Below, one piece after another: positions 1-11,991 of a stretch of 64,000 nucleotides of DNA; positions within the stretch are counted from its first letter, which is position 1; each line of letters opens with the position of its first letter. Where the stretch lies: contig JBLDXI010000021.1 of NCBI GenBank assembly GCA_047495785.1, forward strand, positions 744,001 through 808,000, read 5' to 3'. The notes under the pieces were generated by a model. That model searched no databases, had not been told where the DNA came from, and saw nothing but the letters and a program-made list of their open reading frames with translations. A program made the translations under genes and the position numbers. Source of the DNA: Lepidodermella squamata. Its lineage: Eukaryota; Animalia; Gastrotricha.

Positions 1-3000
1 TGTTGATCTGGAATCCGGTTTCGAATCGTGTCGTAGCTATAGATAAAAGTTCTAACGGCACGCTGCTCCGTACCAAAGGCGTTGTGAAGAAAATGACGAA
101 AAATGAGGAGTACGAAGTCGATGACCTCGATCGCATAATTATCGTGAGAACCGCTACCGACGAAAAAACTGACGGTGTGTAGTAACCACTATGCTAAAAA
201 AATATTTTAATTTATTTGTAAAAATTTAGAGTTATGGTTCGAATTTCGCCGTCTCGCTCCTGCTCCCAGTGAAAATTTGCCAGCAGTTCCGGAACCAACT
301 AAAACTGAGATGCCGCCTCCGAAACCGCCTGTCGTTGTAATGGGCAATAAGCCTGAACCTGTTCAAACCGAGGCGACTCAGCCTGTGATGGAGAGAATAC
401 CCACTCCAGAGCCGATCCCCCCACCGCCATTATCTTCTAGGTTAACCACAGCAATGCCCAGCCATCAAGATGAAATCAGCAATGAGAGCATGAATGAGTC
501 TGATGTAAGTAATTTTCGAAAAATTCGTAAAAAAAACCCCGATTTTTTGTGTATTTAGCTTCCTGATTTCGACGACTGTCTGAATCCTTTCCAAGCTTAC
601 GTCCCACCTCCTACTGTACCGATTAAAAAATCGGATGCGCCCCCAGTCGCCTTAAAAATTGTTCAACATGCGCCGAAACGGTCGGCAATGTCAGTCAGCT
701 ATTCTACCTCTATTGCCAATACCTCGCCATCCGCCAGTCCTTCCGCGCCGAAAAGGGCCGCGACTTCTGTGTATCCAAGCTCTTCGACCGCCCAATCCAC
801 GGCGCCGTCTATTGTTACTCATCAAAATCGGACGACTGTGAAAGTCACAACCCTTGATGATTCTCTGGACGAACTCGCTGATATAATTCCGAATTTCAAA
901 GCTCCGGCTAGTGTGGCGGAGTTGAGGTCGAAACCAGTTGTACCTGCTGCCCCGTTGGTCTCAACGAAAACCGCCCCGTCATCGTCAACATCGACTCTAT
1001 CAGCGGCTGATCGAGCGAGAAAACTCATGGCCAGCGCTTTGCCGGCTGATTTTCTGCCGGTTAGCGAGAAAGCCGCGGAACCGGAGCCAGCTACAGATGC
1101 GACCCCGACTAGTTCCGCCGCTCCGGCTAAAGCTGCTTCGTCGGACGATGGCGGCATGGATGAGCAGTTGTTGTGTTCGATTTGTCAAGAGCTTTTCCAC
1201 GATCCTATCACAGTCACCCCGTGCAATCACGTGTTTTGCGCAGGTAAAGCTCGAATTTTGGCTATTTTTCAGTTAAATTTTAATATATCTCTCAGGCTGT
1301 TTGAGTATGTGGCTAAGCAAGTCAAAAGATTGCCCACAATGCCGTGGGAAAGTGGAGAAGTGCAACGAAATTCATATAATTAAGAGCCTGGTCGATTCGT
1401 TCCTAGCCAAACACCCTGATCGAAAACGCTCGGCTGAAGAGCTGGCGGAGTTGGACAAGCAGAATACGATAACGAAGAACAAGCCACCAGCTGCTGCTGG
1501 AAAAGCCGCTAAAGGAGGTAAATTTTGCTCGAACGATTGTGCCATTGGATAGATGAACTAAGGCCGTGCTTTTTGTTCCGCTTTTCCGCTTTTTTTCATA
1601 CAGGTCGGTCGTAAATTAAAGCGCTTCGCGATTGTGCTTGAAACTGACTACTATTACTGAATGCCGCCTTGTTTTTATGTTGTTACGACCTATCTCATTA
1701 CTCTTTGTACTGATTTTTGAGCTACGACTCAGTGTACAAAAAACGAAACCGATGATTTTGTTTTGCATGATATGAAAATTTTCCTCGCTTGCTTGCATGC
1801 TTCTCTCTGTGTTGCTTAGATTTTTCGTTACCGAAAATGCTGATATTGTTTTTGTGTTCAAATCGCAGTTCCGGCCAATCCATGGGGCGGCGGCGGTGGT
1901 TACTACTCGGGGGATGACTCGCCGCCTTACTACGACTCGGATGACTCGGATGACTCGGGTCATGATTATGGTCTGTGAAAATAATCCAGCTTAACATCTT
2001 TTTGAAATGTGTTTTACCTAAAGGTTTCCCATTTTTCAACCAACTGCTTGGTCTCATCGGCATGCGAGGCGGCCGAGGCGGTGCTAGGGGTGGACGAGGC
2101 CGGGGGGCTGCGGCGGCTGCTCGCGGTGGTGCTTCTAATATGGCAGCCTGGGGCCTGGTTTGCCGGCAATGTCCCGGCGGCTCGTTAGCAACTGCTCAGC
2201 CTGCAGCGCCTGCACCCGCAAGAGGTGGAAGAGGGAGTCGCGGAGGTCGTGGCAGTCGTGGTGGTCGAGGGCGTGGGGCTGCTGCATCGGTGACCCCGAG
2301 CACTAGTGCCGCGACTTCTGCTACGACGAGCATGACGTCTGTCGCAGGTCCAAACGGCTCAATCACTGCTCCTACTACGTAAGATTTTCAGAAAATTTGA
2401 GTTAGTGAAAGGGCTGAGCGCTGTAGCGAGGGCTATAACTAGGGACAAAGCTATGTTTTCAAAGGTTGGAAATGAAATTTTCCTCACAAGGTTATTATTG
2501 ATTTCTTGCTTTGTTTAGAGGCACATTTTCATGACTATTTAAAAAGTTTTCGCCCAACTTGGGACGAAAGTTTTTGAAGTTCCCCAGCCACTGCGTCCTT
2601 TGACCTCAGGCCGCGTTTCTTCGTTTTCCGTGAATACCGTAACGAGTGGTAACTTTGGACAAAACGTGTTTTTCGAACATTAAAAATCAGGCTTTGCTCC
2701 TAAATTTCTGAAATTTTTACCAAAGGTGGGGACGGTGATTCTTGAATTTACTGCAAATTCTAGAAATTTTTAGAATTTTACCTGACCTTTGGCTAATTAA
2801 TATGTGTTCCGGTAACTTTGGACAATTAGAGGGTAGTTTTGGACACTCATTTGCATATGCAATTTCATTGCAATTTCATTGTGAATTATCTGTTATTCAT
2901 GGTTTTTCATTTAATCTTGGGTCAGATATCGAAAAAAATTATGAGCAGATGGCGCATCATCTGTTTCTCAGAAGTTCAATAAAACTACGTTTCTGCGCAG

Positions 3001-6000
3001 CAGCATACTTAACCCGTCCAAAAGTGTCCAAAATTACCCCAATTTTCACCTGTTTTTCAGGTAAATGTCCTGCTAAAACGCGTCGACGGATTGTCATTTT
3101 TTCTTCGATTATAGGGAGAGTAAATATAGGTGAATGCTCATGCCAATTTTTATTGAAAGCTGTTCGATTTTTAGAAAGATAGAAGGGGGGTCCCAAAACG
3201 GCACCCAAAGTCTAACTGCTTGCAACTTTTTCTGAAATCCGATTTCAGCTCCAATCGTCTTGATTTTTATGTCAAACGAAAGCTGAAGAGACGGAGAATT
3301 TTATGTGAAAACTCCCATGATTTAAACGTTCAAGCCTGAAAAGCTAAACACCTGCAAAGCCGAAAGTGTCCAAAGTTACCGTGTCCACAATCATCACACG
3401 TTACGGTAGTCCCCCTCTTCGCTTTCCGCAGGATTAGTTCCGCGGTTCACCCGTACGCCGTACGGGGAGGCTTGAGATCCTCTTGAGATGGAAAATACAA
3501 TATGCATAACTTGCGTATGGTTCGCTGAAGTCAGGGATTAATTTCTTTGTCTTGGTGTTCTCATCGGCATCAGAATCGCGCTTCTTGTTGCGTTTTGTTG
3601 ATTGCTTAATTTGAGGCAATTGGTCGGATCCTGAGTCAATTCAGGTAACCCTTTTCGACTTGACGAGGCGGTAAACTTGAGAGTTACTCTGATGATGATA
3701 CGGGGAACTACGAATTTTTTATTTCTGAAAAGAAACTCAATTTTCTTGCGAGTTCTGATTCCATTTGAGAACCTTGGTAACTTAGCAAAATGGACGGGAA
3801 GTCAAATAAGCACATGAAATCCACAACACATAAGACGATGTTTTCAGATGAAATATCTCGAAGATGAACTTCGTTTAGTGGTCCGTGAAAAGAAGAATAA
3901 ACTGTCAAAGCTGAGGGTTTATTTCTCCTATGAGATCCGTCGAAACTAAGCCCTAACGCCCAAGGACCATGAGATGAAAGCGAACGTAGATGAGGTCTTT
4001 TAGCAAAGTAGCAACCTTATGGCAATAGCTAATCTTGCACTCTCTACAGTAAGCTCTGATGTCTCTGTGCATCTTACGGAGAGGATCTGCCGGAGAGGTA
4101 GGAACAGGAAAGTTCTGTATAGCAGCAGTCTTCCCAGAAGATCAATATTTACACCTTCACCAGAAACAATTCTTCCCAAAATAAGGAATGTTTCTCAATT
4201 CTCAAACCATTTACATTTCAAACCATTGGCAGCTAAACCCCACTGGGCAAGACGAGATAGAAGTTGTCAAATTCTATCAAGGAGTATCTCTTCCGTGGGA
4301 GCATGCGCAACGATGTCATCCTGAAAATCGACTACAATCTGTTCTAGGCCTTTGAATACGTTGTTTTAATCAGCTTCTGAAGCGTTTGAGAAGGATTCTT
4401 TAGACCCATAGGCATACGGACCCACGCATACTTCTCATCGTCCTACTTGCTACTTGCTACTTTCAGGATGGAGCATAATCTGCCAAAAAGCATCTTTCAC
4501 ATCTATCTTAACGAAAAAACTAGAACCATGACGTCTTTTTATCACACTATCCGACGAAGGAGGTAAACAAAATTCGGGAATAGTTTCTAGATTTGCAGGC
4601 ATATAGTCAATCGTAAGACGAGTCTTTTTAGTGTCATTATTGCCCACTATAACTGAAGCGGAAGTATGAATGGAATCTGAAACTTCTATGCACTTCTCCT
4701 TTAACGAACGATCAGTTTGAATCCTGAGCTGATTTCTTTTGTAAGGGCCTTGTCAGGATTCCTAAGACGAATTCTGTGGTAAAAATTAGGGTCTGTTATA
4801 CAGCCGAGAGAATTAGAGAATACAGATTGACATTTTCGAAGAATGGAGTGAAACTTAAATTTCAGGGTGCAACGAAGATCCTACGTTTTCGATGAATAAG
4901 CATTCATTGTTGAAAGCGGAAGTAGAAAGCGAAACAGTGCTAAGTGCTACGTATGTTATTCACACCCAGAACAGAAAGTAACAGATTGGAACACTCGATG
5001 TTAATTTTGAAGGCAGGATTAAGCAGAAAAAACAGCCAATTCTGCGACTTACAAAGGACTGCCGATGACTCTCGGGCCGGCCCGGGACTTAGTAAATCGC
5101 TAACCTCGGGCTCCTGGACATTCTTCGCAAATAATTGTCCGTCGTAATAACCAATTATCAGCGAATTTTCCGTGTTTGGCGTTATGGTGATGAACAGATG
5201 AGGTTGCCCAAAACAGTGCCCACGTAGAAAAGATTTCTTTTTGGCAATGTTTTCGTTCAGCATTGCTTTCCCACAAATGAGTAGAAAGCACGTCGACGTT
5301 TTTCAGAAAATCTCTAATATCTATTGAATCCATTGTTGATATCTATGTAGCGCACTCAATATAATTTTGCTAAACTTGGAAGACTTATTGAATTTTTCAT
5401 GGCTAATGATCGACATGTTCTTACTTGTAGAATACCTCCCTATACGTGTACCGCAAATTCACATCTGACTTGCCGATGCTGCACTCAGCGATTCCCTGCT
5501 CGTGAAGGCGAGGCCGGAATACCACCAGTTAGATGCGGCCTCTGCCAGAACACCTACTGCCACTTATACTGGGGATGCCAAGCGCCGAGCTGCAATGGCT
5601 GCCTCGGTCCTCTCACAGCTTTCACAGCCTCTTTACACGAGCTAGAAGGCGGTATGGCTGTGTCGACTAACACTGTTGAAGCTGGTCATTTCGCCACCTA
5701 TCTCAACTCGCGCTCTGTCAACCCACAAAGCGTTTTGGACGTTGGTTATCAGCTCATGGATATTAACGCTATGCCAGGTGAGACTCAGATTTTTTGCTTC
5801 TTCTAGTTATATTTTGATTGTTTCAGAGCTGAATGGAACGAATCGTGGATCTGTTGTTTGTCGTCTCTGCTTCAAGAACAAAGTCATACCAGCCATTTCT
5901 TACGCTTACAGGGCTCAACTCACTAGCTCAGATTTGCCTGGTAAATTTTTGATAATAAAATGTTTATAAATAATGAGAATTTTGTGTAGCTCCTGTAATA

Positions 6001-6178
6001 AATCGCCCGAATTGCCAGTGGGGTAAAGACTGCCGAACTCAAAAGACTTCAGTTGCTCATGCTCGGTTCGTAAAATTCCCGATTACTTATAAATAATTGA
6101 TAAAAACTTATTTATTTTTGTTACAGGAAACACAACCACATTTGCTTACCGAGTAACGGCGCTGGTCCGTCTCATTAG
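1..6178 (+). CDS. CHFR: CHFR-like E3 ubiquitin ligase, copy 1 (5' end outside window): FHA - P/S linker - C3HC4 RING - acidic exon - RGG boxes - Cys-rich domain - PBZ
   Basis: Approximate spliced exons: <1-174, 230-504, 559-1243, 1296-1517, 1869-1970, 2024-2378, 5431-5777, 5827-5940, 5990-6065, 6127-6178, GT-AG and phase-consistent. Motifs: FHA IDKSSNGT; RING CSICQELFHDPITVTPCNHVFCAGCL..CPQC; VCRQCP; HLTCRCC, YCHLYWGC; PBZ RPNCQWGKDCRTQ..HARKHNHIC. Confidence 0.92.
2635..3408. mobile_element. Non-autonomous TIR DNA transposon (MITE, Tc1/mariner-pogo type) in CHFR copy 1 intron
   Basis: Left end TACCGTAACGAGTGGTAACTTTGGACA; reverse complement of right end TACCGTAACGTGTGATGATTGTGGACA; TA at both ends; internal GGTAACTTTGGACA-like subterminal copies in both orientations (~2811, ~3024, ~3366). 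Confidence 0.85.
3650..4700 (-). mobile_element. Decayed Ty3/gypsy LTR-retrotransposon pol fragment (RT and integrase), with stops and frameshifts
   Basis: Minus-strand translation gives RLTIDY...KIDVKDAFWQI, YAWVRMPMGLKN, VVDFQDDIVAH (YxDD-equivalent), KCKWF...LGRIVSGEGV; then integrase-like FPSILLSYQGSQMES and SPYHHQSNSQV. Confidence 0.85.
5040..5333 (-). mobile_element. Frameshifted Helitron-like Rep N-terminal fragment
   Basis: Two overlapping frames join into FLKNV..LWESNAERKHCQKEIF / FGQPHLFITITPNTENSLIIGYY, resembling the Helitron_like_N G-x-P-x-LF-x-T motif (recognised from memory, not searched). Confidence 0.6.
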
Positions 6179-6433
6179 TCCGAAAACTCGCGCTTTGTTG
6201 ACATGAATGTTGTGAGTCCACCTCGAATAAAAAAGCGAAAATCATTCTGATTCTGGGGATTAATTGCTCGCATGTGTATGATGCTTCTTGTCTTCGCAAC
6301 ATGTATCTCTTGAATTTTAGCAATTATAAAAAATATGCTAGCTGAAAAGTATTATCCAATGATGTAATAAACTTCTAACGTTTTCTAATGCCCTTCTTGT
6401 CTAGATGTATAGCTTTTAGCGTTATTATGTATT

Positions 6434-8266
6434 ATGGCTATTTGGGGTGAACTGCTCTATAAAGGCGGCCGGACGGTTGGCGTTCATTCGCTAAGGACGC
6501 ACTCGATCACGATTGGGTGGGGCGATAACGCGCACATTCGCCTGTACAATCGAGGCATATCGTCCATTCATTGCCGCTTGCTATGGAACAGCGAGAGATC
6601 TATCGTCACTATTATCGATTTTAGTAGAAATGGTACATGGATTCAAGGCCGCGACGACGTTCCAGATAAACTGCGTTGTGGACAAGAAAGAGTCATCAAT
6701 CATAACGATTGCATAGTTTTAACTTACGATCGAAATCGTTCACCTGGTATGGAAGAATTAGATTTGCCTCAATCTGGATAATTATTCTATATATCTGGTT
6801 CAATATATTAGATATCTGGTTCAAACTTCGAATTTTGTTCCAAGTTCCGAGGACTGCGCCTCGGAGAAGGCAATATGAAGAGGTTCCAGCTACCGATGTC
6901 CAAGTTCCGAATGTTTCGACTTATGAGGCTGCTACTGAAAATCCTCGTGATGTATCGCAGCTAACGGTGCCAACAAAAATTCGGAAAATCGAAGACATCG
7001 CAAGCTCATCCGCCAACGAAGCTGCGTCTACCTCAAAAATCCCGATCTCATTCGTTGAAAATAACTTGATTTGTTTGATATGCCAATCGATCCTATACAA
7101 ACCAGTCACATTGACCCCTTGCAGCCACGTTTGCTGCGGTAAGTCGACCTGAATTCATTAATTAAAGCGTTATTATGATGATTTTTAAGGTGGCTGTCTA
7201 GCGACGTGGTTGAGGACTTCTTTGGGGTGTCCTCAATGTCGACAGCAACTCACCCACGTTGCAGAATCTCATTTGTTGAAAAACATGGTCGAAGAATTGG
7301 TCAAAGCCCATCCGCAACTGGAAAGGCCTGAAGATGAACGGACAATGTTAGATCAGAAATTGTTCGGTTTGCGACATCCGCGACATCCAGGAAACCACCT
7401 GTTAGGCGGAAATAAGACTCCAGGTACGTTACATGATAAATTCGAGTACAGCCGCCTTAAATTTATTTATATCAGACCCGGATAAATTACCCGACGATTT
7501 TTTGTGCCGCCTTTGTCCTGGTTCACTGCCAGCCAGGAGTTTAATCCCATCCAATGGTTCCTGCTACCCATTACCTGAAACGACCTCGAATGACCCCTGC
7601 CTTCCATCCGGAGAACATGAAATCTGCGACTGTTGCAATCAGGTCTTTCCGAAACGCGGCGATATGGACCCGGCCGTGAGAGTGAAATGTAAAATCTGCG
7701 AAGGGACATATTGCCACATGTATTGGGGATGTCGCAGTGAAGCGTGCAAAGGCTGTCTTGGTCCGATGAAAACCTTCAAAGTCCAGCTTAATCATCTCAT
7801 CAGGGGGCTGGCAATGTTTTGCAATCATACGGAATCAATGATATTGCTAGAATACCTTCAAAAGAACCATATCGAACCTGCTGCAGTGTTTCAACGTGGT
7901 CTGGATCGCCTTGAAGCGAATGCGAACGCGTGTTTGTGTTTTAGGTCGATGTTAAGTTGAATCGAATAATTTTGCTTTCAATTTCCAGATTGCCACAACG
8001 TTAAAGCTAACGATCCCGTTTGCCTAAAGTGCATGCGTTCGATCATTATACCATTCATTGCGTTCGACTATCGAATTCAATTGGCGCCATCTGAACTGGA
8101 ATTTCTGATGCCACCGCGTCGGAATTGTCTTCAAGGCAGGAGATGCAATCGAAAGCATGAAGAGAAGCACGCTGAGTTAGTTGCGATTTAAAACCCATTT
8201 GCAATTTTCTATGTAATTTTTCTTTGTTTCAGGAAGTTCAACCATGCTTGCGAGTCGATTGTCTGA
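6434..8266 (+). CDS. CHFR: CHFR-like E3 ligase, copy 2 (compact): FHA - RING - Cys-rich - PBZ
   Basis: Exons ~6434-6746, 6812-7138, 7190-7423, 7476-7931, 7989-8175, 8233-8266. FHA ISSIHC..IDFSRNGTW; RING CLICQSILYKPVTLTPCSHVCCGGCL..CPQC; LCRLCP; HEICDCC; YCHMYWGC; PBZ CLQGRRCNRKHEEKHAEKFNHAC. Several intron positions shared with copy 1. Confidence 0.9.
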
Positions 8267-8764
8267 AATATTTCGAGGTCGTAAATCTGCCGTCCATTGG
8301 ACTTCCTTAACTGAACTCTTATTTATTGTTGAATTTATGAATTGAAGCCTCTAACCTCTAACCTCAAATAGAAATTGTAAAGCATGTGCCATTTTTCATA
8401 TTTATCAAGATCTCGGAAATTTCGCTCTACGCTCTAATCATATTCATTTTGTTTGAAATCAGAAACCAATGAATAAAGAAGTTCTGATATTTACTTATTC
8501 TTCTATCATAGTTGATATTGAATGGTAAAGAATGATGACATGCGAGACCTGGTATATCTTAAAAAATGTTATGTTTGCTGAAATTGCTGGAATTCCGGAG
8601 ATATGGCGATAATTATTATATTGATTGAAATTTTTGTTATTTTTACAATTTTAAAAATGTTTATGACAATCGTCTGAAAAGATAAATTTGCCATTCATTC
8701 AATTTCATTTTTATTTTCTGGTGTCTATTATAGGGCCAGTTGTTAGTTATTTTTGTATTAATAT

Positions 8765-11700
8765 ATGGCGACTAACAAAAACGAAGAAAACGCCCCTCGC
8801 ACCTCGGCATCCTCAACTAAACGGTCATCAAATGACGGAACTGTTGTGATAGGTGGGCGGAAAAAACAGGCCCTTGGCGCCCGCACCGAATCAAATAACG
8901 CAGGTGGATCCGGCGATTTAGCGGCGGCGTCAGACGCCAGTCCGCCGACTCTAGCCATCGCAGAACACCTGACCTGCAGCATTTGCACGGAAATTTTTCA
9001 CGACCCTTGTAATTTATCGCCTTGTAATCACGTGTTTTGTGGTAAATTTTTGGAAAATTCAAAAATTCGAAAAATATGAATTTATGAAATTTTTTAAGGT
9101 GGATGTTTATCGCCCTGGCTAAAACAATCAAATCAGTGTCCACATTGCCGGCAGCGGTATAATAACTTCAGCTTTCACCACATGATCGCCAACATGGTTC
9201 AGGCGTACTTGACAAGTCATCCGGATCGCAGGCGGTCCGCCGAAGAACTGGCCCTACTCGACTCGCAAAACACGATACCGAAAAACAATCAGGAAGCGGC
9301 AGCTCAACAGAGGCAAAACAATTATTCGGACGATTCGGACTCGTCAGACGGCGATGCTGTTCCTCAAGGTTTAAATTCAATTCCTGGAGTCATAAATATC
9401 CAAAATATTGTATTTTAAGGTGGTGCTCATCATTATGCTATCTCTTCTGAGGATGAGTATGAAAGCAGTGCAGATGAGTATGGCGGCACTATTACTTCAG
9501 CTGAATCTAGCATATCTGCATCGGACTACGAAAACGAGTCTGAAGTTGAGAATGAGAGCGACCTCGCCGAAGAGGCAGAAGAAGAGCATGTTGAAGTTGA
9601 GGAGCACAGCGATGCTGAAGATGGCGCGAGTAGTCAGTCGTATGTTGACACTGAGACGAGCGCGGATAGTGACGGGTTGGATGGCGAATTCAACAGCAGT
9701 GCCAGCGAGCATTCTCAATCTGAAAACTACGCGGATGGTGAGTTTTCACCCCCTTGAAAATCGTTGAAAAATCTAGATTTTTTTAATATAATTTCTAGGT
9801 TCTAACGACAACTATGAAGACGAAGAAAGCGAGGATTCTGACGATTATGTTGAGCCTCAGCAAGTTGGAATCGATAGTTCAAGTAGTGAAAGTGATGACT
9901 CGGATGAAGCGCCTCCAGTTAGAGGTGAGTAGAAGGAAATCAAGCTAAAGCAGCATTCAATTTTAGTACATCTTCGGAATTCCAGCAATTTCAGCAAGCA
10001 TAACTAGTTTAAGATGTACCAGGTCTAGCATTTATCTCATTAAGCATTATCTAGCATTTTTTTATTCATTTCCTTGATCGAATTCGTTCGCTACCACGAT
10101 TTTGTATAGGCATTTCATAAACCTAACAAAGCACCGGTGTTTGAGCTCTGGGAGTTGGACCCCGGTAAAAACGATCTTGAACTGTGTCCAGTCGATCCAG
10201 GGTTGAAGGTGCCGCATAGGCATAGGCAATCATTCAGCCCTCTAATATGGGCCAGCAGTAGGTTTTGAAAGCATTTCCAATCTGCCTTTTTGAAAGGAAC
10301 AGTTGAAACCTGAGTAGTTGTGTAGTGTGACCACCTCGAATGGAATACGGTATTATGATCGAACACATGCCTTGATGCAAGCGTAATTCGAGATTATTTA
10401 TCTCGGAAGGCAAGAATGTTCGTATCTGGGTACATGATGAAGTGAATTACAGGCGACAGAGAGGCCATATCCGAAAACGCGCTCTCCTGGTCGTTGTTAC
10501 CAGCCTTCTCCGCATCGCTGGAAACGTCAGAGGAACCGGACCGGGAAAGAAGTCGGCTTACGGGAACGTCGAGCTGGCTGTTGTTTCGCCCGAACTTACG
10601 ACCCTTGGAAGAGAGTTTTAGCGCTGGGATAGAATGAAACAGAATGGAAATGTTGCTTGGGAAGCAGTGTTGACTGAACTGCTTGGGGCGCATTTCATAG
10701 CGCCTGGAATCTGAAACGGCGGCTTCGGGGTAATAACTAGAATCGGCAACTAAGATATGCTTAAAGAGACGCGTGTATGCTTCTGTATCTTCACTACTGC
10801 CATCTGAAACACCTGCAACCTGTAACCACCAACAACCCCGTGTCAGGTTTCCGGAGGATTTTGTACGTCGCATCAACTTGAAACCTTGTCCACTTTCTAA
10901 TTTAGAAAGAAATTACCTTGATGAAGCGATTATAACTTCAAGTAACGCAATCAGAATATTACGTTAAATTCGAAGACCGGTTTTGAATATATGCTGTTCA
11001 GACATAATAGATATAAAGGACAATGGAATAGTCATTGTTAAGGAAGATTTGAGATTCGACAGCTCTTTGCGTTTGAAAGAGAACAGATCTACACTTAGGA
11101 GTTTGATACGAGACGGGTTTAGCAAAAACAGCTGAGAGAAAATGAGGGTCAGTAGAAAGGAATTGGGATATCTAATATTAGCATTATGGACATTTTAAAA
11201 AAGATCGGAGCTGGAGGAAAGCTAAGAAGGTGTAACAAAGAGAGACGCACAATCTAGGAGCCATGCAGCGACTTCATTTGTGAGGCTTACAATTTAGACT
11301 CAATCGAAGTGCATTCGAAGAGACCATTTTCAGGCTTGTGACTACAGCCAATGGCAGCGCAACAAATCATATTTTATCAACTTGTCTCTAAAGCATAAAA
11401 TTACTTAAGTTAACCTAAACTACCTTTAAATTACTCATCTCGTTTAGATTGGACAGTTTGTAGGCTCAAAGTGCGACATGCGATAACCCTTTCCGATTTC
11501 GAGTGGCGCGAAATTAGTTCGGTGCGATTTGATTGCGGAATTGAATGCGGAAAAATATTTCATACAAATTTTATTTGCATAATTTATTTTGCGCGATAGT
11601 TTTGGAGAAAACTGCAAAAATTATTGGAAGTGATCGATTGCGTGTGAATTTACTCAGTACGAAATGCTGCTTATGAAATTATAATGAATCAAAACATTAT

Positions 11701-11991
11701 CATTTCTAGGTTACCCAGTTGACTACGAGGAATCCGAAAGCGAGGATTCTGACGACGATGATGTCAAACCTCAGCTAATACCCGTCCTGCATCCTTCAAG
11801 TAGCGAAAGTGATGGCGATGACTCGGATGAAGCGCCTCGTGTGATGATAGGTAACAACAACGCTGAATCAAGTCCACCTTGATGATATTTAATTTTTTCT
11901 AGCCAACAACTACTACTACGTCACCGAATCAGAAAGTTCCGGCGACAGCGAATTCGGCGATGCCAGCAGCGATGAAGATAGCGATTACTGA
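8765..11991 (+). CDS. CHFR-derived RING protein, copy 3: RING plus long D/E/S-rich tail; no FHA, Cys-rich or PBZ domain
   Basis: Exons ~8765-9041, 9099-9368, 9420-9737, 9799-9924, 11710-11850, 11903-11991, all joined by phase-1 GT-AG introns. RING CSICTEIFHDPCNLSPCNHVFCGGCL..CPHC and post-RING HPDRRRSAEELALLD closely match copy 1 (HPDRKRSAEELAELD). Confidence 0.8.
10086..11300 (-). mobile_element. Highly decayed non-LTR retrotransposon fragments in the large intron of copy 3
   Basis: Minus-strand remnants DHNTVF...FKKADWKCFQNLL (EN-RT linker-like) and NEVAAWLLDCASLFVTP (RT N-terminal-like); many stops, and the pieces are out of canonical order. Confidence 0.5.

Noticed and set aside
9408-9767. 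119-aa M/L/K-rich ORF
   Set aside because: Wrong frame of the acidic exon of CHFR-like copy 3; splice phase selects the D/E/S frame.
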